DNA of 64,000 bases, taken from the NCBI GenBank assembly GCA_052327205.1, contig CM126233.1:36146001-36210000 (forward strand), in the 5' to 3' direction. A program made the translations under genes and the position numbers. The stretch comes from Somniosus microcephalus. Its lineage: Eukaryota. The notes below the pieces were generated by a model that saw only the letters and a program-made list of their open reading frames with translations, did not search any database and was not told the origin of the DNA. Numbering within the stretch: the stretch's first letter is position 1; every line of letters starts with the position of its first letter. This document shows, one piece after another, positions 1 to 12,041 of the stretch.

Positions 1-1027
1 TTCGCTGCACTCCCTCCATGGCAAGATCATCCTTCCTCAGATAAGGCGACCAAAACTGCACACAATACTCAAGGTGTGGTCTCACCAAGGCCCTGTACAA
101 CTGCAGCAAGACATCCTTGCTCCTGTACTCGAATCCTCTTGCTATGAAGGCCAACATACCATTTGCCTTCTTAACCGCCTGCTGCACCTGCATGCTTACC
201 TTCAGTGACTGGTGCACAAGGACACCCAGGTCTCGTTGCACTTCCCCTTCTCCCAATCTATTGCCGTTCAGATAATAATTTGTCTTCCTGTTTTTGCCAC
301 CAAAGTGGATAACCTCGCATTTATCCACATTATACTGCATCTGCCCAATCACCCAACCTGTCCAAATCACACTGGAGTTTCTCTGCATCCTCCACACAGC
401 ACACACGCCCACCCAGCTTTGTGTCGTCTGCAAACTTGGAGATATTACATCTAGTTCCCTCGTCTAGATCATAGGAAACTCTCTGGTATCCGGCACCGAC
501 GGGACCGGGATGGTGCCGGTTAATTAAAAATTCTGGATGACAGAGGGTTATCTACCAAGGCTATTTTTAACAAACAAAGAGTCAGACTCCTGTTATTGAG
601 GTGTTCAGACTTCTGACAGTGCCAAGAAGCCGAGTAGTGGCAGTTTGGAAAACTACCCCCACTGACTAACTCGGCCACCGCGGGAGACTCAGACTTGGCA
701 ACATTTCCGGTTATCGAGGTGTTTTCGGAGTATGAATTTTGCCGGTTAAGAGAATTCCGGATATTTAGGTGCCGTTTAAACAAGAGTTTCCTGTATATAT
801 TGTGAATAGCTGGGGTCCTAGGACCGATCCCTGCGGTACCCCACTAGTCACTGCCTGCCACTCGGAAAAAGACCCGTTTATTCCAACTCTTTGCTTCCTG
901 TCTGCCAACCAGTTCTCTATCCAAGTCAGTACCTTGCCCCCCAATTCCATGTGCTTTAACTTTGCACGCCAATCTCTTATGCGGGACCTTAATCGAAAGC
1001 CTTCTGAAAGTCCAAATACACCACATC
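1..1027 (-). mobile_element. CR1-clade LINE ORF2 fragment, interrupted by a MITE at about 472-793
   Basis: ORF 765..1145 contains WIENWLADRKQRVGINGSFSEWQAVTSGVPQGSVLGPQLFTIY (CR1 RT). Bases 1-470 are near-identical to the CR1 copy at about 62285-62765. Confidence 0.9.
472..793. mobile_element. Tc1/mariner (Tigger/pogo-like) MITE
   Basis: Imperfect TIRs (t)AGGAAACTCT..TATCCGGCACC and GGTGCC..AAGAGTTTCCTG followed by TA; inserted in a TA-rich spot of the CR1 copy; termini shared with the element at 47100-47432. Confidence 0.75.
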
Positions 1028-1039
1028 TAAAGTAATTGG

Positions 1040-1303
1040 TTGGCGGTTTAGAGGGGATTTGAGGAGACATTTTTTCCACCCAGAGGGTGGTGGGGGTCTG
1101 GCACTCACTGCCTGAAAGGGTGGTAGAGGCAGAAACCCTCATCACATTTAAAAAGTACTTGGATATGCACTTGATGTGCCGTAACCTACAGGGCTACGGA
1201 CCAAGTGCTGGAAAGTGGGATTAGGGTGGATAGCTTTTTGTCAGCCGGCACAGACAAGATGGGCCGAATGGCCTCCTTCTGTACTGTAAATTTTTATGAA
1301 TCT
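1040..1303 (+). mobile_element. CR1 LINE 3' end fragment
   Basis: FFTQRVV..W.SLP-type ORF2 end plus the GGCCGAATGGCCTCCTTCTGT 3' UTR motif. Confidence 0.75.
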
Positions 1304-1829
1304 GAAAAGAAAACACCCCAACATTAGCACCGAGTAGGACCATTATATAATGGGAGCAGGCAGACTGGGCCTCGACCACGGTCCGAATTCAGTGCAGGGT
1401 GAGGGGAGGCAGAGGTAACAACCACTTGTACTGTAAGTGCCTTTAAGTCACAAAATGTCCATAAGGGATGTTTTCAAATTGGGGGGGGGGGGGGGGGGGG
1501 CAGCAGACATTACAGAAAGTGACTAAAAGGTGCAGTCGGAGAGGAGGATGTTGAGGAGGCCTTTGAAGGTCGAGAGATGCAGGGAATTTCAGAGAGCTCA
1601 GCAACATGGCTTAAAGTACAGCCACTGACGGTGGAACAAGCTGCATAGAAGGCCAGAGTACGAAAAGCAGAGGTCACGAGCTGGGTTGTAGGGCTACAGA
1701 CTCACGATGCTCAGCTTCATCAATTGTGTCCCATACTCACCCGCTCACAGTTAGTGTCTGGTCCTGCTTAATTATTATTCCCTTCTCAAGCCACTGTCAA
1801 TGAATGGCTGGACTAGACAAAACCACAAA

Positions 1830-2152
1830 TGCATGTTATTTTCCATTTGTGGGAAGACCAAAACTAGAGGTTATAAATATAAGATCATCACCAATAAATC
1901 CACTAGACAATTCAGGAGAAACTTCTTATCCAAAGAGGTGAGAATGTGGAACTCGCTACCACAAGGAGTAGTTGAGGCAAATAGCACAGATGCATTTAAG
2001 GGAAAGCTAGATAAGTACATGAGGGAGAAAGGAATAGAAGTCATGCAGCTAGGGTGAGATGAAGAGGGCTGGGAGGAGGCTCGTGTTGGGCCTGGACCAG
2101 TTGGGCCAAATGACCTGTTTCTGTGCTGTCAAATCTATGTAATTCTATGTAA
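1830..2152 (+). mobile_element. CR1 LINE 3' end fragment
   Basis: ORF 1800..2057 KTRGYKYKI...RRNF...MWNSLPQGVVEANSTDAFKGKLDKYM; tail ends in (TCTATGTAA)n. Confidence 0.8.
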
Positions 2153-3039
2153 CTTCAGCAGTGTGCCAGGCTGGTGTAGTCGGATCCAACCTTCACCCAT
2201 GAAGAGTTTACTGGCCACCTCTATAGAGTCAAATAAATTGTTTCACACTTGAGAGGTCGAGCCTTGTGCAGAGGCCTGTTTAAGAATTACCAGCTTCCCA
2301 CTGGTGTTAATCAAGTACCATAGCAACTCAATAAGAGAGCGTCCAACAAATTTCGCTCTTTCAAACTTCTCATTCTCTATTTCCTTCAGCTTATTAAAGC
2401 TCTTTAATATTCAGAAACCTAGGTGAAAAGCCAAGGCCCATAGTTCAGGACACCACCAAGGTTGAAAGGAGTAGGAGAGAAGACAAATTAAATCAGGACG
2501 TAGTGGGTAAGGGACACCAAGCTCGGAGATTGCAGGAGAAAAGGATGAGTGAGGAAAGGTGAGAAGTTCAATGGTTTTACGGTCCGGAGAACGAATGAGT
2601 TAGAGTAGGAGATGGGGTGAGAAGTCTCGATTTCAGCATGTGCAGCAAGGAGGAAGTGTGTTTGGAACAGAACTTTGGGGACACAAGGGAAAACATTCTA
2701 AGTAAATTTTTGTTGGGTCAAAATTCTTCAGCTGCATGACAATGCTGTGAGGATGTTGCGAACTCTCCCATCCCGAGCTGGACAGGTGGTGAATTGGCTG
2801 AATACACACGTGGAGCCCGGCAGAAAGTCATTTTGTGATCCATCGTGTGTTACCCTCTGAGCCGATACTACAGGTCAGTTCACTGAATCGTGACATAGCC
2901 CACAATCTTCTGAGGCAGAGAAGCAAGGGTGTTACCAACTGAGCTAAGCGGACACTTCGGTGTAACTTAATAAGCCGATCAGACGCAGAAGCGCAATGCC
3001 AGTGAGTCACTATTTCCCCATCCTGCCTGAAGGTGCCGA

Positions 3040-3400
3040 CTCTGACTGGGTCCATTCCTACAGACAGCAGCTGCCCTCTGGTATCTCAACCAAGTGGCCT
3101 GTTTTCGTAGGTCAGCCTAGACAATTATTGTAAGCAAGGTCTTCGATCATGGGGGATGTCACTGGTGAACCCGATCCTGTTGCCCACATTCGCACATGGA
3201 TTTTCTAGAATGCATGTAGTCCAGAGCAAGAACCCCAGCTGATTATGCCTCCCTCTGCCCCCTATCCCGAGGAACTGACGGCAAATGCAGAACCTCTCCT
3301 GCTGCCTCCAGCAGATATTAGCTAACTCAGGCCCAACTAGTGATTAAACCAGAGACCTTCTTGGACTGTGGCTCAGAACCACACTGGGCCACTACATACA
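3040..3400 (-). mobile_element. AmnSINE2-like tRNA-derived SINE
   Basis: Shares the blocks caagtggcc / gcctagaca / gatcctgt / gaaccc..gctgatt / agctaactcag with many other copies in the window; family name from recalled consensus. Confidence 0.6.
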
Positions 3401-3439
3401 ATTCAATTGGAACAGATTTTTTGCACCTTACCCAGTTAA

Positions 3440-3668
3440 GATTCTGGGATTCTCTACCCCAGAGGACTGTGGATGCTCAGTCGTTGAGTATATTCAAGAC
3501 AGAGATCGATAGATGTTTGGGCACTAAAGGAATCAAGGGATATGGGGATCGGGCGGGAAGGTGGAGATGAGGTAGATGATCAGCCATGATCTTATTGAAT
3601 GGCGGAGCAGACTCGAGGGGCTGAGTGGCCCACTCCTGCTCCTATTTCTTATGTTCTTATGTTCTTGC
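3440..3668 (+). mobile_element. CR1 LINE 3' end
   Basis: WDSLPQRTVDAQSLSIFKTEIDR, the GATCAGCCATGATCTTATTGAATGGCGGAGCAG motif and a (TTCTTATG)n tail. Confidence 0.85.
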
Positions 3669-6077
3669 GTTTATAGCATTAGCTTGCTCTGTATCGGGCA
3701 ATGTTTTTTGTCCTCTGCAGGTAGTGCTAGCAGACAACACACAATGACTAGGAAAATTTGTAGTGAACAAATAAGAGGAAGTACCTCCAAAAGGAATCCT
3801 CGCAAAGCATGTCCATCCTCAATGTTATCTGCAATGTGCTTTGAATAATGAGGCTTTGTTTGTAAGTTCCAAGTTTAATAACTTCTCAAACAACAGCAGT
3901 ACAGCATATAAAATAACTCCTCTCCCAAACAGTTACTTGTTCAACACAGAGCTCAATATATCCCAGAACTATTCTCTGCAGAAGTGGAAACATCCCCTTA
4001 ATCAAACAGGAATCTACCATTCCCTCCATTGAACACATTAATGGGACTGGTAACAGCCAACAATGTTCTAGAGCTATTGAAGGGTTCCAAAGACTCCCTC
4101 CTCCCAAACAGTGTCTGCTCTTGTGTCCTTGAACCTGCATGATGTCCACTCCAACTGGTTGTTTCTATCGAGGACAAGAACACTCCTCAAAACCCAGGGC
4201 ACCTCCTCAGACAACAGTGAAAAAGGTTGTTAGCCACTCAACTGTTACTAAGGCTTTGTTTAAAACCGAGAAGCCTCAGTGGCAGGCAAAATCCCGACTG
4301 GGTAGGGCACCAGCTCGGTTGAAAAGAGTGAAAGAGAACACAAGGTAAACCAAGAAGTAGTTAGGTGACACTATACCCATATTTTAAAAGCCTATTGATT
4401 AAAAGGAGGAAGAGTGTAAGGAAGGTGAGGAGTTGCACCATTTTTGAAATGCTGGGCAAGAATGAGTTAAACCTAAGAGACGGAGTAACAAGTCTTGATT
4501 GCAACACAATGAGGATACAGGAAGGGCATGTGGGATGGTATAACTGCATGTTACAAGGAAGAGAGGAAAGTTCAGACAAAAAGCTAGAGAGTCAAGTATT
4601 TAGTTTGCTGTTTCTTGCTGCAGTGATTCGTGTCCCCAAAAATACAATTAGGCCAGTGCCAAGATCAAAACAGACAGGAAAACAAGAGTCTGACAGTCTT
4701 GCATTTTTGGGTGGGGTGGGCGGGAATCCTGTGGTTTTTCCATTCTACCTTGTTGCTGGTCCTTGCACCAAGATGATTATTTTGGTTAAATAAATATTCA
4801 GCTGAATTAACAAGAACTCAGCACAATTGACAAAACAAGTATCACAATGAGAAAATTAAGGGTTAAATAACTTTTCCCACAGGTACATGGCTTGAGGGGG
4901 AAAAGCATTATTCAGCGCTACGCAACAGAGAGTGACTCAGAGGTAGCGAGGGAGAATCTGCAATTGGGCAGGTGGAGCCAGAGCACTCAAATATTTGGTG
5001 AATAAACTGAAGTAATATGTAATGACAGTGGTTCCCATAATATGGGCTCAGGAGCTGTTTGAGGGCTACATCTTGGTCACTTGTGGCCCTAGCAGAGTTG
5101 CTGCTCACTGTGTCACTAGGCATCTAATCATGTTATGCCTGGCTGTGAATGTTAATTGAGCTGCGATTCAGTGCTGCTCTCTCTCTCCTTTTTCCTGGCG
5201 ACCAAACAAAAAAAAAAGGCAAGGGAATGTTATTCAGAGTCAAAGGTGTCTTAGTTTCCATATGACAGACACCTAGGGATCACCTACTCAATACCAAAGT
5301 TGAAATTCACCACTAAAATGTGTTGCCTTGGCCATCTGGAGCACATCTCCCCCTCTGATTAAACTGCAGGAGCTAAATGCAGATCAACCTACCACAACCA
5401 GCACATCCAGACAACAGATGCATACTCACCACTGCCAGACCCCCAGGTAATGTTTTAAAGAAGATTTGAAAGGGATAATTTTCCAAGTATGCAGGAGTGG
5501 CAAGGAACCTTGTTTGCTGCTAGCTACTGGCAGAAACCATGGACACAACAGAGATTCAAGAAGTTAGAGGTTTTTTCACCAGAGCTTTGAAGGTTAAAGA
5601 TAGAGGACTTTCAAGATTTTGAAGGGTTCTGATGAGGTAAATAGCAAGAGATTTTAAGACAGTAACAAAGATTCCTCCTATACCGAAAAAGACTTTACTT
5701 GGACAGAGAATAGGACCTGTGCCATCATGAAGATTGAGTGAAAGTTGCCCTTTGTACTTGGAATGATGTTCAGCAGTGATGTTAAACAATCTGCAGTATT
5801 TGCAGTGCACATTTTCAAAAGGTTTTAATAAAAAAAGATAAACTTATTAAAAATTAACCTTCATCAGCTTAACTTTGAAATGCAAACAAAATACTTCTGG
5901 TGTTTGTCTTTAATCAATAGGGTCAGTAGGTCTCTGGCTGCCTTCAGAATGATACAAAAAGCATGAGGAAGTGAGTTTAGATCATGAAGCTTATTTCCTA
6001 AACAAATCCTTCAAGGGAAAGAATGAATAAAGGATTCACTGAACAATATTTTTGCTGCTCTGGTTTAAGAGTGCAAA

Positions 6078-6490
6078 CAAGAATTTGCATTTATATGGCA
6101 ACTTGCCACATCCTCATCGTGCCTCAAAGTGCTCGACAAACCAACTACTTTTTTTTGGTTCCGTCACGGTAATGCGGAAAATTTCTGTATAGCAAGATCC
6201 CGAATACAGCGTTGAGATGAATGAGTTAATGTTATTTTGCTGGTGTTGGTTAACAGGGCACCAGTAGATACACTTTCTGCTTCTCTTCAAGTAGTGCCAC
6301 GAGTTCTTTACATGTCCACCCAAAGGGGTGGATTGGTCCGGGTTTTTAAATCTACTCCAACAATGCAGCACTCCCTCAGTATTGTACCGGAGTGTCAGCC
6401 TGGATTATGTGCTCAAGTCCTATAGTGGGGCTTGAACTCACAACATTCTGACTCAAGTGAGAGTGCTACCAACTGAGCCAAGCAGACACG
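6078..6490 (-). mobile_element. Deu-domain SINE (SacSINE1-like)
   Basis: tRNA-like head on the minus strand (GGCTCAGTTGGTAGCACTC...GAGTTCAAGCCCC), the Deu core ACTGAGGGAGTGCTGCATTG and an L2-type tail (ATATAAATGCAA). Confidence 0.75.
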
Positions 6491-6584
6491 TAGAAAGTCA
6501 TCTGGCGTCAGCTGCACTTGCAAACATAAACAAGCTTACAATTGCTGTTGTCATGGAATCAGAGACCCTACTTTCTGACAGGTC

Positions 6585-8083
6585 TTTTTAAAAATTCATT
6601 CATGGGATGTGGGCGTCGCTGGCAAAGCCAGCATTTATTGCCCATCCCTAATTGCCTAGAGAAGGTGGTGGCGAGCCGCTTTCTTGAACCGCTGCAGTCC
6701 GTGTGGTGAAGGTGCTCCCACAGTGCTGTTAGGGAGTGAGTTCCAGGATTTTGACCCAGCAACGATGAAGGATTGGCGATATATGTCCAAGTCAGGATGG
6801 TGTGTGACTTGGAGGTGGTGGTGTTCCCATACGTCTGCTGCCCTTGTCCTTCTAGGTGGTAGAGGTCACAGGTTTGGGAGGTGTCGTCAAAGAAATCTTA
6901 GCAAGTTGCTGCAGTGCATCTTGTAGATGGTACACACTGCAGCCACGGTATGCCATGGTGGAAGGAGTGCAAATCAAGTAAGCTATTTTGGCCTGGATGG
7001 TGTCAAGCTTCTTGAGTGTTGGTGGAGCTGCACTCACCCAGGTAAGTGGAGAGTATTCCATCACACTCCTGACTTGTGCCTTGTAGATGATGGAAAGGCT
7101 CTGGGGAGTCAGGTGAGTCACTCACCACAGAACACCCAGCCTCTGACCTGCTCTTGTAGCCACAGTATTTATTTGTCTGGTCCAGTTAAGTTTCTGGTTA
7201 ATGGTGACCCCCAGGATGTTGATGGTGGGGGATTCAGCGATGATAATCCTGTTGAATGTAAAGGGGAGGTGGCTAGATTCACTCTTGTTGGAGATTGTCA
7301 TTGCCTGGCCCTAGTGTGGCGTGAATGTTACCTGCCACTTGTCCAGGTCTTACTGCATGGACTGCTTCATTATCGGAGGAGTTGCGAATGGAACTGAACA
7401 CTGCAATCATCAGCGAACATCCCCACTTCTGACCTTATGATGGAGAGAATGTCATTGATGAAGCAGCTGAAGATCGTTGGGCCTCGGACACTAACCTGAG
7501 GAACTCCTGCAGTGATGCCCTGGGGCTGTGATGATTAGCCTCCAATAACTACAACCACCCTTGTGCTAGGTGTGACTCCAGCCAGTGAAGAGTTTTCCCC
7601 GATTCCCATTTTACTAGAGTTCCTTGATGCCACACTCTGTCAAAGCTGCCTTGATGTCAAGGGCAGTCACTCTCACCTCACCAATTCAGCTCTTGTCCAT
7701 GTTTGGACCAAGGCTGTAATGAAGTCGGGAGCCGGTTAGCCCTGGCGGAACCCAAACTGAGCATGGGCGAGTAGGTTATTGATGATTAAGTGCCACTTAA
7801 TAGCACAGTCAACGACACCTTCCAACACTTTGCTGATGATTGAGAGGAGGCTGATGAGGCGATAATTGGCCAGATTAGATTTGTCCTTTGTGGACAGGAC
7901 ATACCTGGGCAGTTTTCCACATTGTCGGATAGATGCCAGTGTTGTAGCTGTACTGGAACAACTTGGCTAGAGGCGTGGCTAGTTCTTGAGCACAAGTCTT
8001 CAGCACTACAGCCGAGATGCTGTTTGGCCCCATAGCCTTTGCTGTATCCAGTGCACTCAGCCATTTCTTGATATCTCGCGGAG
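6585..8083 (-). mobile_element. Degenerate Jockey-group (CR1/L2-related) LINE, RT region and 3' end
   Basis: ORF 6852..7121 HLTPQSLSIIYKAQVRSVMEYSPLTWVSAAPPTLKKLDTIQ with many frameshifts; 3' tail GGCAATTAGGGATGGGCAATAAATGCTGGC..GCCAGCGACGCCCACATCCCATGAATGAAT. Confidence 0.8.
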
Positions 8084-8715
8084 TGGAGGGATTTGAAAAT
8101 AAGGATGAGAATTTTAAAGTCGAGGCTTTGCCAGACTGGGAGCCAATGTAGGCCAGTGAGCACAGGGGTGATGGGTGAACGGGACTTGGTGCAAGTTAGG
8201 ACACGGGGCAGCCGAGTTTTGCATGAGCTTAAGTTTCTGGAGGGTGGAATGTGGGAGGCCGGCCAGGAGTGCGTTGGAAGTCAAGTCTAGCGGTAAAAAA
8301 GGCAGAGGAGGGTTTCAGCAGCAGATGAGCTAAGGCAGGGACGGAGTCGGGTGATGTTACGGAGGTGGAAATAGGCGGTTAATGATGGCCGGAAGCTCAT
8401 CTCAGGGTCAAATAAGACATCAAGGTTGCGAACAGTTTGGTTCTGCCTCTGACAGTTGCCAGGGAGAAGGGATGGAGTCGGTGGCGGGGACCAAAGACAA
8501 TGGCTTTGGTCTTCTGAATATTTAGTTGGGAGGAAATTTCTGCTCACCTGGTACTGGATGTCGGACAAGCAGTCTGACAATTTAGTGAAAGTGGAGGGGT
8601 CGAGAGGGGTGGTGGTAAGGTAGAGTCAGGTGTTGTCAGCATACATGCGGACGATGTCTTTTCGGATGATGTTGCCGAGCGGAAGCATGTAGATGAGAAA
8701 TAGGAGGAGGCCGAG
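8084..8715 (-). mobile_element. L2-clade LINE ORF2 C-terminal fragment
   Basis: SDCLSDIQ...QTVRNLDVLFDPEMSF...AYFHLRNITRLRPCLSSSAAETL and LHWLPVWQSLDFKILILIFKSLH motifs. Confidence 0.85.
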
Positions 8716-8994
8716 CGGCATAGTAACAGAGAGAGGGGCTTATATTCCTAGAGGCGCAAAGAACGCCTCAATTTCACTCCCTGCTCCCAGAGCAAAATGC
8801 ACTTACAGTAAATAGCTGCAGCTAGTGCCAATTCCTTCTGTCTGTAGGCTGATTTAATCCACCTATACACAACATTGCACTTTTAAACATGTCTGGTGAC
8901 TAGGATCTTGTACTTTGTGAATTGGGAATAGGATGTACAAGGAATTTCAACGTACAGCATAATACCATTGCATTACCCACCTACTTATTTGTTG

Positions 8995-9302
8995 TTGTTG
9001 AGCGAGATGTTAAACCAAGGCCCCTGCTGCCTGTTCAGGTGGAAATTAAAGACCCCATGGCACATTTTCCAAAGGGCAGGGAGTTCTACCAGTCTCCTGA
9101 CCAATCAATCCACATCACCAAAACAGATCAACTGGTAATTCACCCCATTTGCTATTTGTGGGATCTCGCGGGGCACAACTGGCTGCCACGTTTGCCTACA
9201 AAACGGGAGATTGCACTTCAAGTGACTCAGTAGCTGTGAAGCCCTTTGAGATTTCCCAGAAATGCAAAAGGTGTTACATAAATGCAAATTCCCTTCCTTT
9301 TC
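8995..9302 (+). mobile_element. Deu-domain SINE (SacSINE1-like), 5'-truncated
   Basis: GAGATGTTAAACCAAGGCCCC...CAGGTGGA..TAAAGACCCCATGGCAC core and an ATAAATGCAA tail. Confidence 0.7.
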
Positions 9303-10084
9303 CTTTAGTAAAACTACAAAATGCCTGGGACTTGAACCAGTGTTGCAATTTTAGTACCTTTCAGATTGAAATGCAAACGGCACAGTAGCCACCCTTCTAG
9401 CAGCTCAAAGATTCAGTAATAATGACATTATCACAGCAAAATGTCAGCAACCTCCTACAAAATGGCAATGAGATAAACGGCCAGCTTTTTCCCTACTTAA
9501 TGTGGTGGGAGGAATGTTGGCTGGGGCAGAATTACCACTGGTTGCCAAGAAACCAGTTCAACAAAATAATTAAAGCAAAGAGCAGCACTTTAAATACAGA
9601 ATTCAGCAACAGCGACACACAGAGGTGAAAGCACATCATTACATACCTCCACCAGAACTATTTTGTGACAACCTTGTATTGGGCCTCCAAGTTTTTGTCA
9701 CTACTTAGCAAGTGTGTCGGCAGGATATTCCATGGGTTGCTATTGTTGCACATGCCATGATATTTCAGGGATCACACAAAGTTTAAATCCATATTCCCAT
9801 TAATCTGTAGATATCTTGAGTTCCAGATACCAACAGATCTTGCTCTGATTTAGAATTTATCCACTAATGAAATAACAGCACTCAAAACAACCCTTTCCAA
9901 ACCTCCAGGCCCATGAAATTCAATAATGGGGTAAAGAAGAAATATAAGCACGCATAGGATTGATGTGCCTGGGCTTCAAGGGCTGTATTTCCAGGATAGA
10001 GGCCACAGGTTGAACATCTGTGCTCTTGATTACTGGATAGGAACCAGCCAGTCCACAGGTCAAATTATAGAAATTTAAAGCACA

Positions 10085-10260
10085 GGAGGACATTCAGCCC
10101 ACCCTGTCTACACAGTGCTAGTTCCTCCCCCGAAGAGCTATCTACTTCATTCCTGCTTCTGTCAAGCGTGGAGGACATTCAGCCCACCCTGTCTGCACAG
10201 TGCTAGTTCCTCCCCCAAAGAGCTATCTACTTTATTCCTACTTTCCTGCTTGTCAAGCGT
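10085..10260 (+). repeat. Tandem duplication (about 85 + 91 bp) of a CR1-tail-like segment
   Basis: GGAGGACATTCAGCCCACCCTGTCT...TGTCAAGCGT occurs at 10085-10169 and 10170-10260. Confidence 0.85.
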
Positions 10261-10579
10261 TTTTCCGAGTCCCTCAAAGATCATGCTGCTGGCACGTGGC
10301 TCCACGTGAACTGTGACCCGTGATAATTCGGCCAATCTTCCCTCGACCCCAGTAAATGTGTCGGCAGGGTGCAGCACGAGCTGTTAGAAAGAAAAGCACA
10401 GCTTTTAAATAATTACTCAGTCAGGAGCCATCCACCCTCGGATGGAGTATCTCAACAATTCTGGCACTGCATTTTCACTCCTGAGGGAGGAAAAAAAAAA
10501 AATATACTCATCTTCCAAGTTGCATGACCAATATTTGGTCTACAACCAGTCATTGGGGTTAGGGTGGGAAAATGAAATG

Positions 10580-11178
10580 ATGTAGATGATCAGCTATGAT
10601 CTTACTGAATAGCGGAGCAGGCTCAAGGGGCCATATAAAAACGTAAGAAATAGGAGCAGGAATAGGCCACTTGGCCCCTCGAGCCTGCTCCACCATTCAA
10701 GATGATCATGGCTGATCTAGAGCTCAAAGCCACTTCCCAGCCCGCTCCCCATAACCCTTCACTCCCTTATCTTACAAATATTTGTCTATCTCCGCTTTAA
10801 ACGTATTTAATGACCCAGCCTCCACGGCTCTCTGGGGCGGAGAATTCCACAGATTTATGACCCTCAGAGGAAATTCCTCCTCGTCTCAGTTCTAAAAGGG
10901 CGACCCTTTATTCTGAGACTGTGCCCCCGAGTTCTAGATTCCCCCACGAGGGGAAACATCCTCTCTGCATCTACCCTGTCGAGCCCCCTCAGTATCTTAT
11001 ATGTTTCGATAAGATCACCTCTCATTCTTCTAAACTCCAATGAGTATAGACCCAGCCTGCTCAACCTTTCCTCATAAGTCAACCCCCCCCATCTCAGGAA
11101 TCAACCGAGTGAATCGCCTCTGAACTGCCTCCAATGCAAGTATATGGCCTACTCCGGTTCCTATTTCTTATGTTCTTC
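10580..11178 (-). mobile_element. CR1 3' fragment (minus, about 10636-11142) nested inside a plus-strand CR1 3' tail
   Basis: ORF 10864..11082 MTYEERLSRLGLYSLEFRRMRGDLIETYKIL; the plus-strand tail is split between ...GGCTCAAGGGGCCATAT and ATGGCCTACTCCGGTTCCTATTTCTTATGTTC. Confidence 0.8.
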
Positions 11179-12035
11179 TCAATAGAGATACATACGTTAA
11201 ATGAAGAGGCCATGTGTTCATATAAATTACCAGCGATGGCTATTTAAGCACAGTATAAATGGGTTCAAGAACCAAGTGAAATTAGTTCTGTAGATAAAAG
11301 GGATATAGTGAGAAGGATTGGTTGTTGGCTTTCTGCTGTTCCCAAAATGCTTTTGTATGACTGCACTATAGTTTCAGCAAGCAATTATTTACAGGAACAG
11401 GAGTAGGCCATTCAGCCCATCAAGCCTGTTCCACCATTCGATTAGATCATAGCTATTCTGTACCTCAACTCCATTTATCTGCCTTTTCACAATATCAGCC
11501 TGCTCGCCTCACCCAATGAAAAAAGTTAGCAGTGAGATTTGCTCAGAAACCTGCCTTTTCTCTACCTCTGGTACTTTTCAAACAAAATGTTAAACTCAAG
11601 AGTAAATTACATTATACCCCATGGAGACTAAACAGATAAAAGGATCTTCCAGGCAAAACTCCAAATAATCACAAATATAGAACAGAGTATATTTAATAAG
11701 TTGGCTGTCTACCTCGCTCTCTTCACAGAGCCTTCTAAGTTTTGCCTTATATAATCAACACACTATGCTCCAAGGAATCACAACACCACCATCCCATAGC
11801 CCAACCCCTCAAGATCGGTGCAATGTGGCAACACAGGAGCTCCCGCTACACCAGTTGTCTCGACTGAGCTGTAGTGCAGTCATAACTGTAACTTTCATTA
11901 CAAAGCACCGACTTAAAAAACATAGCTGGTCAATCATCTGCAAAAAGACTTAAAACATCTTCCTGAAAAGTTTTGACTTTCATCACATAGGTTAGAGAGA
12001 AAGAAAATACAACATCGTTTTGCTTTGAAACAGTC

Positions 12036-12041
12036 TTTAAT
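12036..12041 (-). terminator. Distal polyadenylation signal ATTAAA of furin
   Basis: Minus strand reads ...TATTTAATGGATGTGGAAATATTGTCATAGATCTACTTAAAGAAATTAAAGACTG..., then GATGTTGTATTTTCTTTC about 20 nt downstream. Confidence 0.65.

Noticed and set aside
3772-3784. PU.1-like AGAGGAAGT as part of a FES promoter
   Set aside because: A single short motif with no supporting exon or CpG island is expected by chance.
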